Source: Candidatus Spongiisociaceae bacterium (GTDB lineage Bacteria > Actinomycetota > Acidimicrobiia > Spongiisociales > Spongiisociaceae). Taken from it: a stretch of DNA of 64,000 nucleotides. The position numbers and the translations under genes are program-made. Below, in pieces: positions 21,531 through 31,167 of this stretch (position 1 is its first letter; each line of letters opens with the position of its first letter). The stretch spans positions 160,001-224,000 of the forward strand of contig OZ253564.1 in NCBI GenBank assembly GCA_965262915.1, written 5' to 3'. Under the pieces are notes generated by a model. That model was not told the origin of the DNA. It did not search any database and saw only the letters and a list, made by a program, of their open reading frames with translations.

Positions 21531-22279
21531 TCACAAGTCGTTATGTAGTTCGTATGACGAGATGTGTTGGGCGCTGGAGGCTGTAAACGAACCGCCGGCC
21601 CAGTTGCTCCAACGGTGGCGTAGCCGCATGCCGGCGATCCTTGCCATTAGATCCAATTCGGCTGGCCACGTGTAGCGGAGCTTTATCGGCATCAACCTCA
21701 CGTCATCCTTACTGAGGATTAGATGGCACGAGTCTACGATTTGGTGTACCGGATTGTGACGCTCAATACTAAGTCGGCAGCGGTCGATTTCTACCGATTG
21801 AGCTGATACATTCTGTCCTCTGTTGAAGCGAGTGGCGTCCGGAACGAACGCCTCTCTTAGGAAGACACCGCGATTGGCCAAATGGCGAGCGACGTTCTGG
21901 AAACATCGGACTTGGGCTTCTTGAGTCAGTAGACCAAAGAATGTGTTGAACACTACGAAGATGAGCGAGTACTTGCCCTCGACTGCTACGTCGCTGAAGT
22001 CCCCTGGGGCGACCGGGATTTCTGCACCCCCCGGCTTTTGGTGTAGCTTTTCGACCGTCGCCTTCGAGAAGTCTATACCGTGGACTTCGACGCCCCGATT
22101 TGCTAACGGCAAGGCGATCCTGCCGGTGCCGATACCCAACTCTAGGGCTCGTCCGGTGGCTGCCAGTTCTACCAGCACGTCTACGATCGGATCAACATGT
22201 GCCGGATCGCTCAGTTCGGGATGCACCTCGTCGTGACCTCGGCCCACAGGTCACCATAGGTCGAGGCTTGATAATCCAT
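21531..22279 (-). pseudogene. Class I SAM-dependent methyltransferase, 1-bp frameshift near 22235
   Basis: ALELGIGTGRIA motif I; the N-terminus MDYQASTYGDLWAEV is in a different frame from the body. Confidence 0.75.
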
Positions 22280-22678
22280 GTCGCTGCCCTTCTTCTGGTC
22301 GTTCCACCTGATCCGATTTCCACATCGCCACCAGGAACGAGTCTGTCCCCCTCAGTCTCGCATACGGGACCGTTGGTACAGAGAGTCGATCCTTAGCGGC
22401 CGATGACGCCCTGAGTTAGCCGGAATAGCCGTAGTGTATGAGCGATGGGCGGGATGCACACTCGAACTTGTCAGACGGCAGAGCAGGTCGTTCCACCGGC
22501 GCAGTGCTGTCGGGCGGATGACAGATGACGGATGGCGTTCACAGCGTTCACTGAGCGATGTGTAATGGTGGATCTTTAGGTAGACAAGGACGATCAGATC
22601 GTCGATCTCGCCGCGGTTCGTGAGGGCTACAAGCCCTGCCTGTCAAGGGACCAAAGGCATCGGCCCGGAGCGGAAGCG

Positions 22679-25600
22679 CTAACCGGGCGGTCCGTAGCCA
22701 CCGCCGCCCGGGGTGGCGATCTCGAACACGTCTCCCGGTCCGACCTCGGCCTGCGAGTTGCCGGCCATCTCCTCGATCCGCCCGTCGGAGCGGAAGATGC
22801 GGTTGCGGCCCACCGACCCGGGATCGCCGCCATCGACGCCGAAGGGCGCGATCACCCGGCGGGATGACAGGATGTTGACGGTCATCTCGTCACCGAACCG
22901 GACCCGGCGCACGGCGCCATCGCCGCCACGGTACCTGCCCCGCCCTCCTGACCCTTTCCTGACCTCGAAGCTATCCAGCCGGACGGGGAACCGCCACTCC
23001 AGCACTTCGGGATCGGTCAGGCGGGAGTTGGTCATGTGGGTGTGCACCGCGCTGCGACCGTCACGTCGAGGGGTCGCTCCCGCCCCGCCGCAGATCGTCT
23101 CGTAGTACTGGTAGCGGTCGTTGCCCCAGATGAAGTTGTTCATGGTTCCCTGCGACCCGGCCACCACCCCCAGAGCGCCGAAGAGCGTATCGACGATCTG
23201 CTGGCTGGTTTCGACGTTGCCGGCGATCACCGCGGCCGGGTATTCCGGGTTGATCATGGAGTTCTCCGGGAGCACGATGGTGATCGGCTTGAGACATCCT
23301 TCATTGAGGGGGATAACCGCATCCACGAGGCAGCGGAACACGTAGAGGACCGCGGCGTGCGCCACCGCCCGCGGGGCGTTGTAGTTACCCGGATGGATCC
23401 CGCTGGTCCCGGTGAAGTCCACCACGGCGGAGCGGTTCTCCCGGTCCACGCTGATCTTCACCTCGATACGGCTCCCGTCGTCCATGTCCCCCACGAAGGA
23501 CGAATCGGCCAAGGCGTCTATGACCCGGCGCACCGACTCCTCGGCGTTGTTCTGGACGTGGACCATGTAGGCGTGGACCACGTCGAGACCGTAGTGGTCG
23601 ATCACCGCCCGCAGCTCGGTGGTCCCCTTCTCGCACGCCGCCACCTGAGCCTTGAGGTCGGCGATGTTGTGCCCGGGGCTCCGGGCGGGGTAGGGTCCTC
23701 CGGCCAGCAGATCCCTCAACTCCTGCTCCTGGAACCTCCCCCCCGATACGAGGGTGAAGTTGTCGATGAGGATCCCCTCCTCCTCCACCGTCGTACTGTC
23801 CGCCGGGGCCGAACCTGGAGTCCGCCCACCGATGTCGGCATGATGTCCACGGGAGGCCACGTAGAAGATGACCGATTCCTCGGCCTGGTCGAAGACCGGT
23901 TTGACGACCGTGATATCGGGCAGGTGCGTACCGCCGTTGTAGGGAGCGTTCATCACGTAGCAGTCCCCGGGCGCCATCCCCTCGGAACCGCCCCGGTCGT
24001 GGATTATCGACTTGATCGACTCGCTCATCGAGCCGAGATGGACCGGCATGTGGGGGGCGTTGGCGATCAGGTCCCCTTGCGGGTCGAACAGTGCGCAGGA
24101 AAAATCGAGCCTCTCCTTGATGTTGACCGACACCGCGGTGTTCTCCAGGACCAGGCCCATCTGCTCGGCGATATTCATGAACATGTTGTTGAAGATCTCC
24201 AGGCGCACCGGGTCGGCGTCGGTGCCGATCGAAGTCCGCCGGGGCAGCGGGACCACCCGCTCCATCACCAGGTCGCCCGAGGCGGTGACCACCGCCTGCC
24301 AGCCCGGTTCCACCACCGCTGTGGAGGTCGTCTCGATGATCACGGCCGGGCCGGCCACCGGGTGGGCGGCGGGGATCGACGCCCGGTCGAAGAAGGGAGT
24401 GGGCACCCACCGACCCTCCACGTATGTCTCGTAGGTCTCCATCGGAGCGGGCTCCTCCGTGGCCACGGGTGGCAGACCGAGCGGCACCTCGTCGCTGTGC
24501 CCGACCACCTCCACCTGGATCGACTCCACCTCCAGGGGTGTCTCGGGAGAGAGGAAGCCGAAGCGCGCCACGTGCGCCGCCTCGAAACCACCGACAACGT
24601 CGGCCAGCGAGCCGGCCGTCACCTCCAGCGACGTGTCGGAGCCCCGGTACCTGACCCGCACCCTGCGCACCACTTCGGTGCGGTCCGTGCCGACCCCCTG
24701 GGCCCGCATGGCCGCAGTCCCGGCCGCCGCCAGATCCCCGAAGTCCCCTTCCAGCCGCGCCAGCAGGTCCTCGTCCAGCCGCCCCTCGACGGAGCGGTCT
24801 CGCACCACCCGCACATCGGCCAGCCCGATACCGAAGGCCGACAGGACCCCGGCGTAGGGGTGGCTCAGGACCCGCCGCATACCGAGGCTGTCGGCCACCC
24901 GGCAGGCGTGCTGCCCGGCCGCGCCGCCGAAGCACGCCACCGTGTAATCGGTCACGTCGTAACCCCGTTGCACCGAGATCTTCTTGATCGCGTTGGCCAT
25001 GTTCTCCACCGCGATGGCCAGGAAACCCTCCGCGACATCCTCGGGGGTCTGGGGAGTACCGGTGGCCGAAGCGATCTCGTCGCTGAGGGCACCGAAGAGG
25101 GACCGTGTGCAGCCGGCGTCGAGGGGTAGGTCGGCATCCGGTCCGAACACCTTCGGGAACAGATCGGCCTGGAGGCGTCCCAGCATCACGTTGCAGTCGG
25201 TGATGGCCGGCGGGCCCCCGTTCCCATAGCAGGCCGGTCCCGGATCGGCCCCGGCGGAGTCCGGCCCCACCGTGAGGCGGCTCCCGTCGAAGTGCAGGAT
25301 CGAGCCTCCCCCGGCCGCCACGGTGTGGATCAGCATCATCGGCGCCCGGACCCGCACTCCGGCGACCTCCGTCTCGTAGGTACGTTCCAGCTCGCCGGCG
25401 TAGTGGGACACGTCGGTCGAGGTCCCGCCCATGTCAAAACCGATCAGGCGGTCGTATCCGGCCGCCAGACCGGTTCGGACCATACCCACCACCCCGCCGG
25501 CGGGACCCGACAGGAGGGCGTCCTTGCCCTGGAAGGCGTGGGCGCCGGCCAGCCCCCCGTTGGACTGCATGAACATGACACGGGGGCGTTGCTCGGAGAT

Positions 25601-26314
25601 GGACGCCAGCTGCCGCTCGACCTGGTCTATGTAGCGGCGCAGGATGGGCGACAGGTAGGCGTCTACCACCGTGGTGTCTCCCCGCGCCACCAACTTCATC
25701 AGCGGGCTCACCTCGTGGCTGACCGATACCTGCCCGAACCCGAGCCGCCGGGCGATGGCGGCCACCCGCTTCTCGTGGTCGCGGTGGCGGTAGCCATGCA
25801 TGAACAGTATGGCCACCGAGTCGATACCCTCGGCCTTGGCAGCGACCAGCGCTTCTTCCACCGCGTTCTCATCCAGGGGAACGATCACCTCCCCGCGGGC
25901 GCCGATCCGCTCATCGACCTCGATCACCGATCCGTAGAGCATCTCCGGCATCTCGATGTCCAACTCGAACAGGTCGGGGCGGGTCTGGTAACCGATCAGC
26001 AGGGCGTCTCTGAAACCCTTCGTGGTCACCAGCACGGTCGGCTCCCCCTGGCGCTCCAGAAGGGCGTTGGTCGCCACGGTGGTGCCCATCTTCACGGAGT
26101 CGATCGGGGCCTCCATACCGGTCCGCTCCAGGAGCCTGCGGATTCCCTCGATCGCCGCATCGGGGTAGTGGCGGGGGTTCTCGGACAGGAGCTTGCCGGT
26201 GAGCACGTCTCCGCCCGGCGTCCGGGCCACCACGTCGGTGAAGGTGCCGCCCCGGTCGATCCAGAACTGCCAGCCGGCAGTATCAGACCTCGTAGTCGGT
26301 TCCTCGATGCTCAT
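22679..26314 (-). CDS. ATP-hydrolysing 5-oxoprolinase (fused hydantoinase A/B, OplAH-type)
   Basis: [46 protein letters not shown] and TPGGGGYG; 1211 aa. Confidence 0.93.
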   Translation of the reverse strand: MSIEEPTTRSDTAGWQFWIDRGGTFTDVVARTPGGDVLTGKLLSENPRHYPDAAIEGIRRLLERTGMEAPIDSVKMGTTVATNALLERQGEPTVLVTTKGFRDALLIGYQTRPDLFELDIEMPEMLYGSVIEVDERIGARGEVIVPLDENAVEEALVAAKAEGIDSVAILFMHGYRHRDHEKRVAAIARRLGFGQVSVSHEVSPLMKLVARGDTTVVDAYLSPILRRYIDQVERQLASISEQRPRVMFMQSNGGLAGAHAFQGKDALLSGPAGGVVGMVRTGLAAGYDRLIGFDMGGTSTDVSHYAGELERTYETEVAGVRVRAPMMLIHTVAAGGGSILHFDGSRLTVGPDSAGADPGPACYGNGGPPAITDCNVMLGRLQADLFPKVFGPDADLPLDAGCTRSLFGALSDEIASATGTPQTPEDVAEGFLAIAVENMANAIKKISVQRGYDVTDYTVACFGGAAGQHACRVADSLGMRRVLSHPYAGVLSAFGIGLADVRVVRDRSVEGRLDEDLLARLEGDFGDLAAAGTAAMRAQGVGTDRTEVVRRVRVRYRGSDTSLEVTAGSLADVVGGFEAAHVARFGFLSPETPLEVESIQVEVVGHSDEVPLGLPPVATEEPAPMETYETYVEGRWVPTPFFDRASIPAAHPVAGPAVIIETTSTAVVEPGWQAVVTASGDLVMERVVPLPRRTSIGTDADPVRLEIFNNMFMNIAEQMGLVLENTAVSVNIKERLDFSCALFDPQGDLIANAPHMPVHLGSMSESIKSIIHDRGGSEGMAPGDCYVMNAPYNGGTHLPDITVVKPVFDQAEESVIFYVASRGHHADIGGRTPGSAPADSTTVEEEGILIDNFTLVSGGRFQEQELRDLLAGGPYPARSPGHNIADLKAQVAACEKGTTELRAVIDHYGLDVVHAYMVHVQNNAEESVRRVIDALADSSFVGDMDDGSRIEVKISVDRENRSAVVDFTGTSGIHPGNYNAPRAVAHAAVLYVFRCLVDAVIPLNEGCLKPITIVLPENSMINPEYPAAVIAGNVETSQQIVDTLFGALGVVAGSQGTMNNFIWGNDRYQYYETICGGAGATPRRDGRSAVHTHMTNSRLTDPEVLEWRFPVRLDSFEVRKGSGGRGRYRGGDGAVRRVRFGDEMTVNILSSRRVIAPFGVDGGDPGSVGRNRIFRSDGRIEEMAGNSQAEVGPGDVFEIATPGGGGYGPPG

Positions 26315-26344
26315 GGTGGGTCCTTGCGCTGCTCGGGCGGCCGG

Positions 26345-27430
26345 CTAGGTGGAGCCGCCCGGTGTGGGAGTCAGGATCCGCCTGGGGTTCTCCACCAGCA
26401 TGTTGTGTATCTGCTGTTCGGTCACCCCCAGACGCCGCAGCAATGGTACCGCCCACTCCAGCACCAGCGAGTAACCCGACCCGCCATAGCGTTTCCACAG
26501 CATCCGCATCCCCACGTCCTGGGCCATCACGATCTGGCGGTCATAGCCCTCCTTGCAGAGGATGGCTATGGAGTTGACGCGTTCGATGTCGGATGGCATC
26601 CGGCACCCACCCAGGAACCCGGGCGCGTTGATGCCCTCGTACCCGAATGTGTCGTAGGAGACGGTGGCTCCCCGGTCCAGCAGCCTCCGGTGGTAGTCGA
26701 GGTGGTCGAGACTCAGATCGCAGTGGCTGAGGTAGAAGCTGTCCAGATCGGCCCCCTCCTGCTCGATCAGATCCAGGTATGCCTCGCCCACCGTGGCGAT
26801 GCCCCCTCCCCGGGCATCGAAGATGGAAGGGTGGATGGTGAAACCCACCCCGGTCCTGATCTGGGTACGGCAGGCCGCCCGGAGGATCTTCTCCTCCTCG
26901 GCGTGATACGGCAGCGGATCCTCGGAGCAGGCACACTCGCCGATGGAGCCGGCCCTGATCCCGGTATCGCCGATTCCCTCCTCGATCTCCTCCACCATCA
27001 GATCGGCCACCTGGTCGGCGTCCATCCTCCTCACCCAGTCCGGGTGCGTCGCGTGCTTGTAGAACCCGGTGGTGGTGATGATGTTCAGTCCGGTCGCCTC
27101 CGCGATCCGGCGCAGGGCCACGGGGTCCCGGTTGAGGCCGACGCCGGTGTTGTCGACCACCGTCCTCCCGCCGCGAGCGGCGAAGTGACCCAGTTCCTCG
27201 GCGGCGATCCCCTCGTCGTTGAGCGACATGTTCTCCAGGTTGGGCGCGCCACGGCGGAGGGCGCCGAGGATGTCTATCGTGATCGGCAGGTCCCAGTAGG
27301 GGAAATCGGAGTGGTCCTCCCGGTCCGCGTAGAGGGCGGGTCCCCCGCCCGAATACACGTGTTCGTGCAGGGAGACGACTCCGAGTTCATCCGGGCTCAC
27401 GGGTCCGGTGACCGTCTGGATCATGTTCAT
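26345..27430 (-). CDS. Phosphotriesterase-related (PTER-like) hydrolase
   Basis: IQTVTGPV, SLHEH, GSIGECACS, TIHP, SHCD, YDTFG, MAQD and ENPRRIL; start codon uncertain (27424-27439). Confidence 0.88.
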   Translation of the reverse strand: MNMIQTVTGPVSPDELGVVSLHEHVYSGGGPALYADREDHSDFPYWDLPITIDILGALRRGAPNLENMSLNDEGIAAEELGHFAARGGRTVVDNTGVGLNRDPVALRRIAEATGLNIITTTGFYKHATHPDWVRRMDADQVADLMVEEIEEGIGDTGIRAGSIGECACSEDPLPYHAEEEKILRAACRTQIRTGVGFTIHPSIFDARGGGIATVGEAYLDLIEQEGADLDSFYLSHCDLSLDHLDYHRRLLDRGATVSYDTFGYEGINAPGFLGGCRMPSDIERVNSIAILCKEGYDRQIVMAQDVGMRMLWKRYGGSGYSLVLEWAVPLLRRLGVTEQQIHNMLVENPRRILTPTPGGST

Positions 27431-27737
27431 TCGCCACATCCTCCGTAAGGACAACCGGATCTTATCGGGCGCGAATGCCGTACAACGGGCGAAGTGGAAC
27501 GGCGCCGGGAACGAGACCGTGCTCGGGTTGTGCACGAGCGCGGTCTCGAGACGGATCAGCTGTGTCCGGCCGCCGTAGAAGATCGACAAGTTGTCACCAA
27601 TGACCAGTTGAGACCGTGAACGACGAGCAAACCGGTTGAAGGTCAATCACCCCAGGGCTAGGCTCGCCCGAAGGGCCGGACTGGCCTCCAGATGCTCAAA
27701 CGGACTCTGGTTGCCAGTCGGCGGGAGGAGGTTCGCA

Positions 27738-29114
27738 GTGGTGCTTCGGAGCAGGAGAGAAGTTCTCAGGGATTCGATGAAGATAGGGGGTGGTCTGGCC
27801 CTGTTCGGTGTCGCCGCTTGCGGAGATGACGAGCCTGCGGCCACGACCGCAGCAGCTACCACTGCGGCGCCGACCACGGCCGCTGCTACTACCGCAGCCC
27901 CCACCACCATGGGCAAGGAGGCGGTGACGATCTCGATCCTGACCGCCGACCAATCGGCTGTTCAGTTCTTCAACGACATCGGCCCTGACTTCGCCGCGAT
28001 GCACCCGGATTACGACATCACGTTCGATATCCCGGCCGAGCAACCGGCCGAGGTACGGCAGCGGGTTCTCGACCAGTTGGCAGCCGGTGAGAAGATCGCC
28101 GACAGCGTCGATCTCGACAGCGAGGACACGTGGAACTCGGCTCTAGCGGCGGGTCTCCACGAGTCAGGGCTGTATGACTTCACGGACGCTGCCCAACCGT
28201 GGGTGGACCAGATAGCGGGGGGTATGCGCGAGGGTAAGTTCAAGGGAAGGTTTTACGGTATTCCCGGGCTCCTGTCGGCGGTCACCTACTACTACCGTGC
28301 CGATCTCTTCGAGCAGGCCGGGATCAGTGCCGATTTCGGATCCTGGGACAATTTCATCGAAGGCGGAAAGAAGCTCAAGGCAGCGACCGGCGCCAACATC
28401 ATGATCATCGAGGACAGCACCTCGAGGCATTTTAATTACATGATGCCGCACGCCGGCGGAAACGCCTTCGACGAGGAAGGCGCAGTGAACATCGACGCTC
28501 CCGAGAATCTCGAGGCCCTCGAGACGCTCGTCCGGATGGTTCGTGAAGACATCGCCTTCACGACCAGCGAGTTCTACGGCGCCGGGACTTTCCAGGCCTA
28601 CCGGGACGACGTGATCGGCGGAGCGTACATGCCGAACTGGTACGGCGACCTTCTGCTCCCTCCGAACCTGCCTGAGCACCAGGGCAAGTTCAAGATGGCA
28701 GCGCCTCCGATGTTCGAAGCCGGTTACACCAGCGCACGGGGCGGGGCTCCCATCTACCCGGTTCTGGCCGGCCCGCATCAGGAGTTGGTGTTCGACTTCC
28801 TCGCCTTCGGGTTCCTATCGGTGGAGAACAACGTCAAGAGGTTCGAGGACTTCGCGACGCCTCCCATGAACCTGGCGGCGTACGACGATCCGGCGCTTGC
28901 CGAGGCGGTGCATCCCTACCTGGAGCAGCCCGTCGCTCCGGTATACACGGCGATGATCAAGAACTTCGCCGCCGTCAACACCCACCCCCTCCTCATACGT
29001 GCTTACGACTATCTCACCACCAACACCGTGCCGCCCGTCTTGGCGGGGGACAAGGAACCGGCAGCCGCCCTCAAGGAGGCGGCGGACGCGGTCCGGGCGA
29101 TGGCCGGAGAGTGA
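27738..29114 (+). CDS. Sugar-type ABC transporter substrate-binding lipoprotein (Tat-like signal)
   Basis: GGAGGAGG RBS, SRREVL..VAAC lipobox, TTAAA/TTAAP linker and YYYRADLFEQAG. Confidence 0.88.
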   Translation: MVLRSRREVLRDSMKIGGGLALFGVAACGDDEPAATTAAATTAAPTTAAATTAAPTTMGKEAVTISILTADQSAVQFFNDIGPDFAAMHPDYDITFDIPAEQPAEVRQRVLDQLAAGEKIADSVDLDSEDTWNSALAAGLHESGLYDFTDAAQPWVDQIAGGMREGKFKGRFYGIPGLLSAVTYYYRADLFEQAGISADFGSWDNFIEGGKKLKAATGANIMIIEDSTSRHFNYMMPHAGGNAFDEEGAVNIDAPENLEALETLVRMVREDIAFTTSEFYGAGTFQAYRDDVIGGAYMPNWYGDLLLPPNLPEHQGKFKMAAPPMFEAGYTSARGGAPIYPVLAGPHQELVFDFLAFGFLSVENNVKRFEDFATPPMNLAAYDDPALAEAVHPYLEQPVAPVYTAMIKNFAAVNTHPLLIRAYDYLTTNTVPPVLAGDKEPAAALKEAADAVRAMAGE

Positions 29115-29279
29115 CAGACCGACACCGTCGCCCGTATCACGGACCGCGGTGTAAGAAACAGCAACTTGCTTGAGCAATGACGAGCGGACCGAGCCGTCGT
29201 TGGCGGACGGGTAACCACCGTCGTCCGACGGCGCCCGGTCTCGCCATCGCCGAGTATCCCGATATGGGACCGGGCTGAG

Positions 29280-30251
29280 TTGGGTTCCCGACCCGACCTA
29301 TCGCGCTCCAGTCCGCGGTCCCTGTTCCGCGGGTCGCGGGAGTCGCGTCTGGCGCCCTACCTCTTTCTGGCGCCGTTCCTGATCCTGTTCACCGTCTTCA
29401 CGATCTACCCGGCCGCGCTGGGTGTCTACCTGAGCCTGACCAAATGGACGGGCGCGGTCGGCCAGGAACCCGAGTTGATCGGCCTGTCCAACTACCGGCG
29501 CATGCTGAAGGATCCGTCCTTCCTTACCGCCCTCACCAATACCGTCTGGCTGGCGGTTGCCGCGGTCGTCGTGATCGTCCCGACCGCTTTGTTCCTGGCG
29601 ATGGTCCTGAACACCCACTGGATACGCCTTCGCACGTTCCTGCGAACGGCCTTCTTCCTCCCTATAGGGACGCCGACCGTTGTGATCGCCATGGTGTTCA
29701 TCGTCCTCTACAGCGAGCACTACGGGGCTCTCAACTGGTTCCTGGGGCTCGTCGGCCTTGGCCCGTTCAACTTCACGGGGACGCCGGCCTTCGTCAAACC
29801 CGCCATCGTGGGCCTCCTGCTGTGGCAGTGGACCTCGGTTCCCATGATCTACTTCCTGGCGGGTCTGCAGGGCATCCCCCCCTCCCTCTACGACGCGGCG
29901 GCGGTCGACGGGGCCGGGCCCTGGTCTTCGTTCCGCCGGGTGACGTTACCCCTCCTCCGGCCGGTGACCCTCCTGGTACTGGTGCTGCTTGTCAACGACG
30001 CCATCCGCATCTTCGACCAGATATTCATCCTCATGTTCTTCACCGGCGCTCCCTACCAGACCAGTGGTGGACCGGGTGAGCAGGGCCTGACGCTGGTCCT
30101 CTACATGTACCGGTCGGCGTTCCGGTTCAGGGAGTTGGGATTCGGGGCGGCGGTAGGAATCTCGATCTTCGTGCTGGGGCTGGGGATCGCCCTGGTCCAG
30201 CTGTGGAGGTTCGGCGCGTTGAGAAAGGAGGGCGGCGGTGCCGGCTACTGA
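29280..30251 (+). CDS. Carbohydrate ABC transporter permease
   Basis: LAGLQGIP.SLYDAAAVDGA EAA-like loop and several TM segments. Confidence 0.92.
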   Translation: MGSRPDLSRSSPRSLFRGSRESRLAPYLFLAPFLILFTVFTIYPAALGVYLSLTKWTGAVGQEPELIGLSNYRRMLKDPSFLTALTNTVWLAVAAVVVIVPTALFLAMVLNTHWIRLRTFLRTAFFLPIGTPTVVIAMVFIVLYSEHYGALNWFLGLVGLGPFNFTGTPAFVKPAIVGLLLWQWTSVPMIYFLAGLQGIPPSLYDAAAVDGAGPWSSFRRVTLPLLRPVTLLVLVLLVNDAIRIFDQIFILMFFTGAPYQTSGGPGEQGLTLVLYMYRSAFRFRELGFGAAVGISIFVLGLGIALVQLWRFGALRKEGGGAGY

Positions 30252-31128
30252 TGTCGAGCGGCGGCCGGTAGCAGTCACCACCGCGGGAGCCGGCTCGTCC
30301 CTCTACCGGCGGCGAGCAATCCGGATCCTCATCCAGGTGCTGCTGGTGCTCGCGGCCGTGGCCGCGCTCTACCCTCTCATCTTCATGGTCTCCGGCTCGC
30401 TCAAGCGGGTGTCCGAACTCACGTCCCTGCCCCCCACCCTCATTCCGAGAGCCTTCGATCCGGGCGGCTACCAGCAACTGGCAACGACCGGATTCCCCCG
30501 CTGGTTCGCCAACAGCATCGTGGTGACCGGCCTTCGGGTCGGCCTGACCATCCTGGTGTCGTCCATGGCGGCCTTCGCATTCGCGGTGTACCGTTTCCCG
30601 TTCAGGCGGACCCTGTTCATCATCGTGGTCGGGTCGTTGCTCCTTCCTTTCGAAGTGCTCTACCTACCGCTGCTGTCGCTGATGATCGACCTCGACTGGA
30701 TGAACACCTACCGGGCTCTGATCCTCCCGTTCGTCGCCAGCGGTTTCTCAGTGTTCGTGATCCACCAGTACATGGTCAGCCTGCCGTCCGAACTCATCCA
30801 GGCGGCCCGGGTGGACGGCGCGTCGGAGTGGCGTATCTACTGGAACGTCGCCATGCCGCTTGCCCGGCCCATCCTCGGAGCGGTGGGCGTCATTCTGTTC
30901 ATCCAGACGTGGAACAGCTTCTTCTGGCCCCTCATCGTCCTCCAGGACGCGGACCTGTTCGTCCTGCCGGTAGGTCTCACGGCCTTACTCGCCAGGGTGT
31001 TCCACGAGCAGGACATGTGGACGGCGGTCCTGGCCGGAAGTACCTTGATGACCCTCCCGATGGTGGTCGTCTTCCTCGTGATGCAACGCCAACTGGTGGC
31101 AGGACTGACCGAGGGCTTCAAAGCCTGA
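30238..31128 (+). CDS. Carbohydrate ABC transporter permease
   Basis: LPSELIQAARVDGA and WNSFFWPL motifs. Confidence 0.92.
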   Translation: MPATDVERRPVAVTTAGAGSSLYRRRAIRILIQVLLVLAAVAALYPLIFMVSGSLKRVSELTSLPPTLIPRAFDPGGYQQLATTGFPRWFANSIVVTGLRVGLTILVSSMAAFAFAVYRFPFRRTLFIIVVGSLLLPFEVLYLPLLSLMIDLDWMNTYRALILPFVASGFSVFVIHQYMVSLPSELIQAARVDGASEWRIYWNVAMPLARPILGAVGVILFIQTWNSFFWPLIVLQDADLFVLPVGLTALLARVFHEQDMWTAVLAGSTLMTLPMVVVFLVMQRQLVAGLTEGFKA

Positions 31129-31167
31129 GCGACACGGCCTGCTCTCCCCGGCGGTTGACGCCCCCGG

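Noticed and set aside
23036-27448. Very long + strand ORFs (697 and 718 aa) and similar antisense ORFs elsewhere
   Set aside because: They are shadow frames opposite well-supported genes in high-GC DNA and carry no motifs.
27837-27910. Degenerate 15-bp repeats in the SBP gene
   Set aside because: They encode an ordinary Ala/Thr lipoprotein linker.
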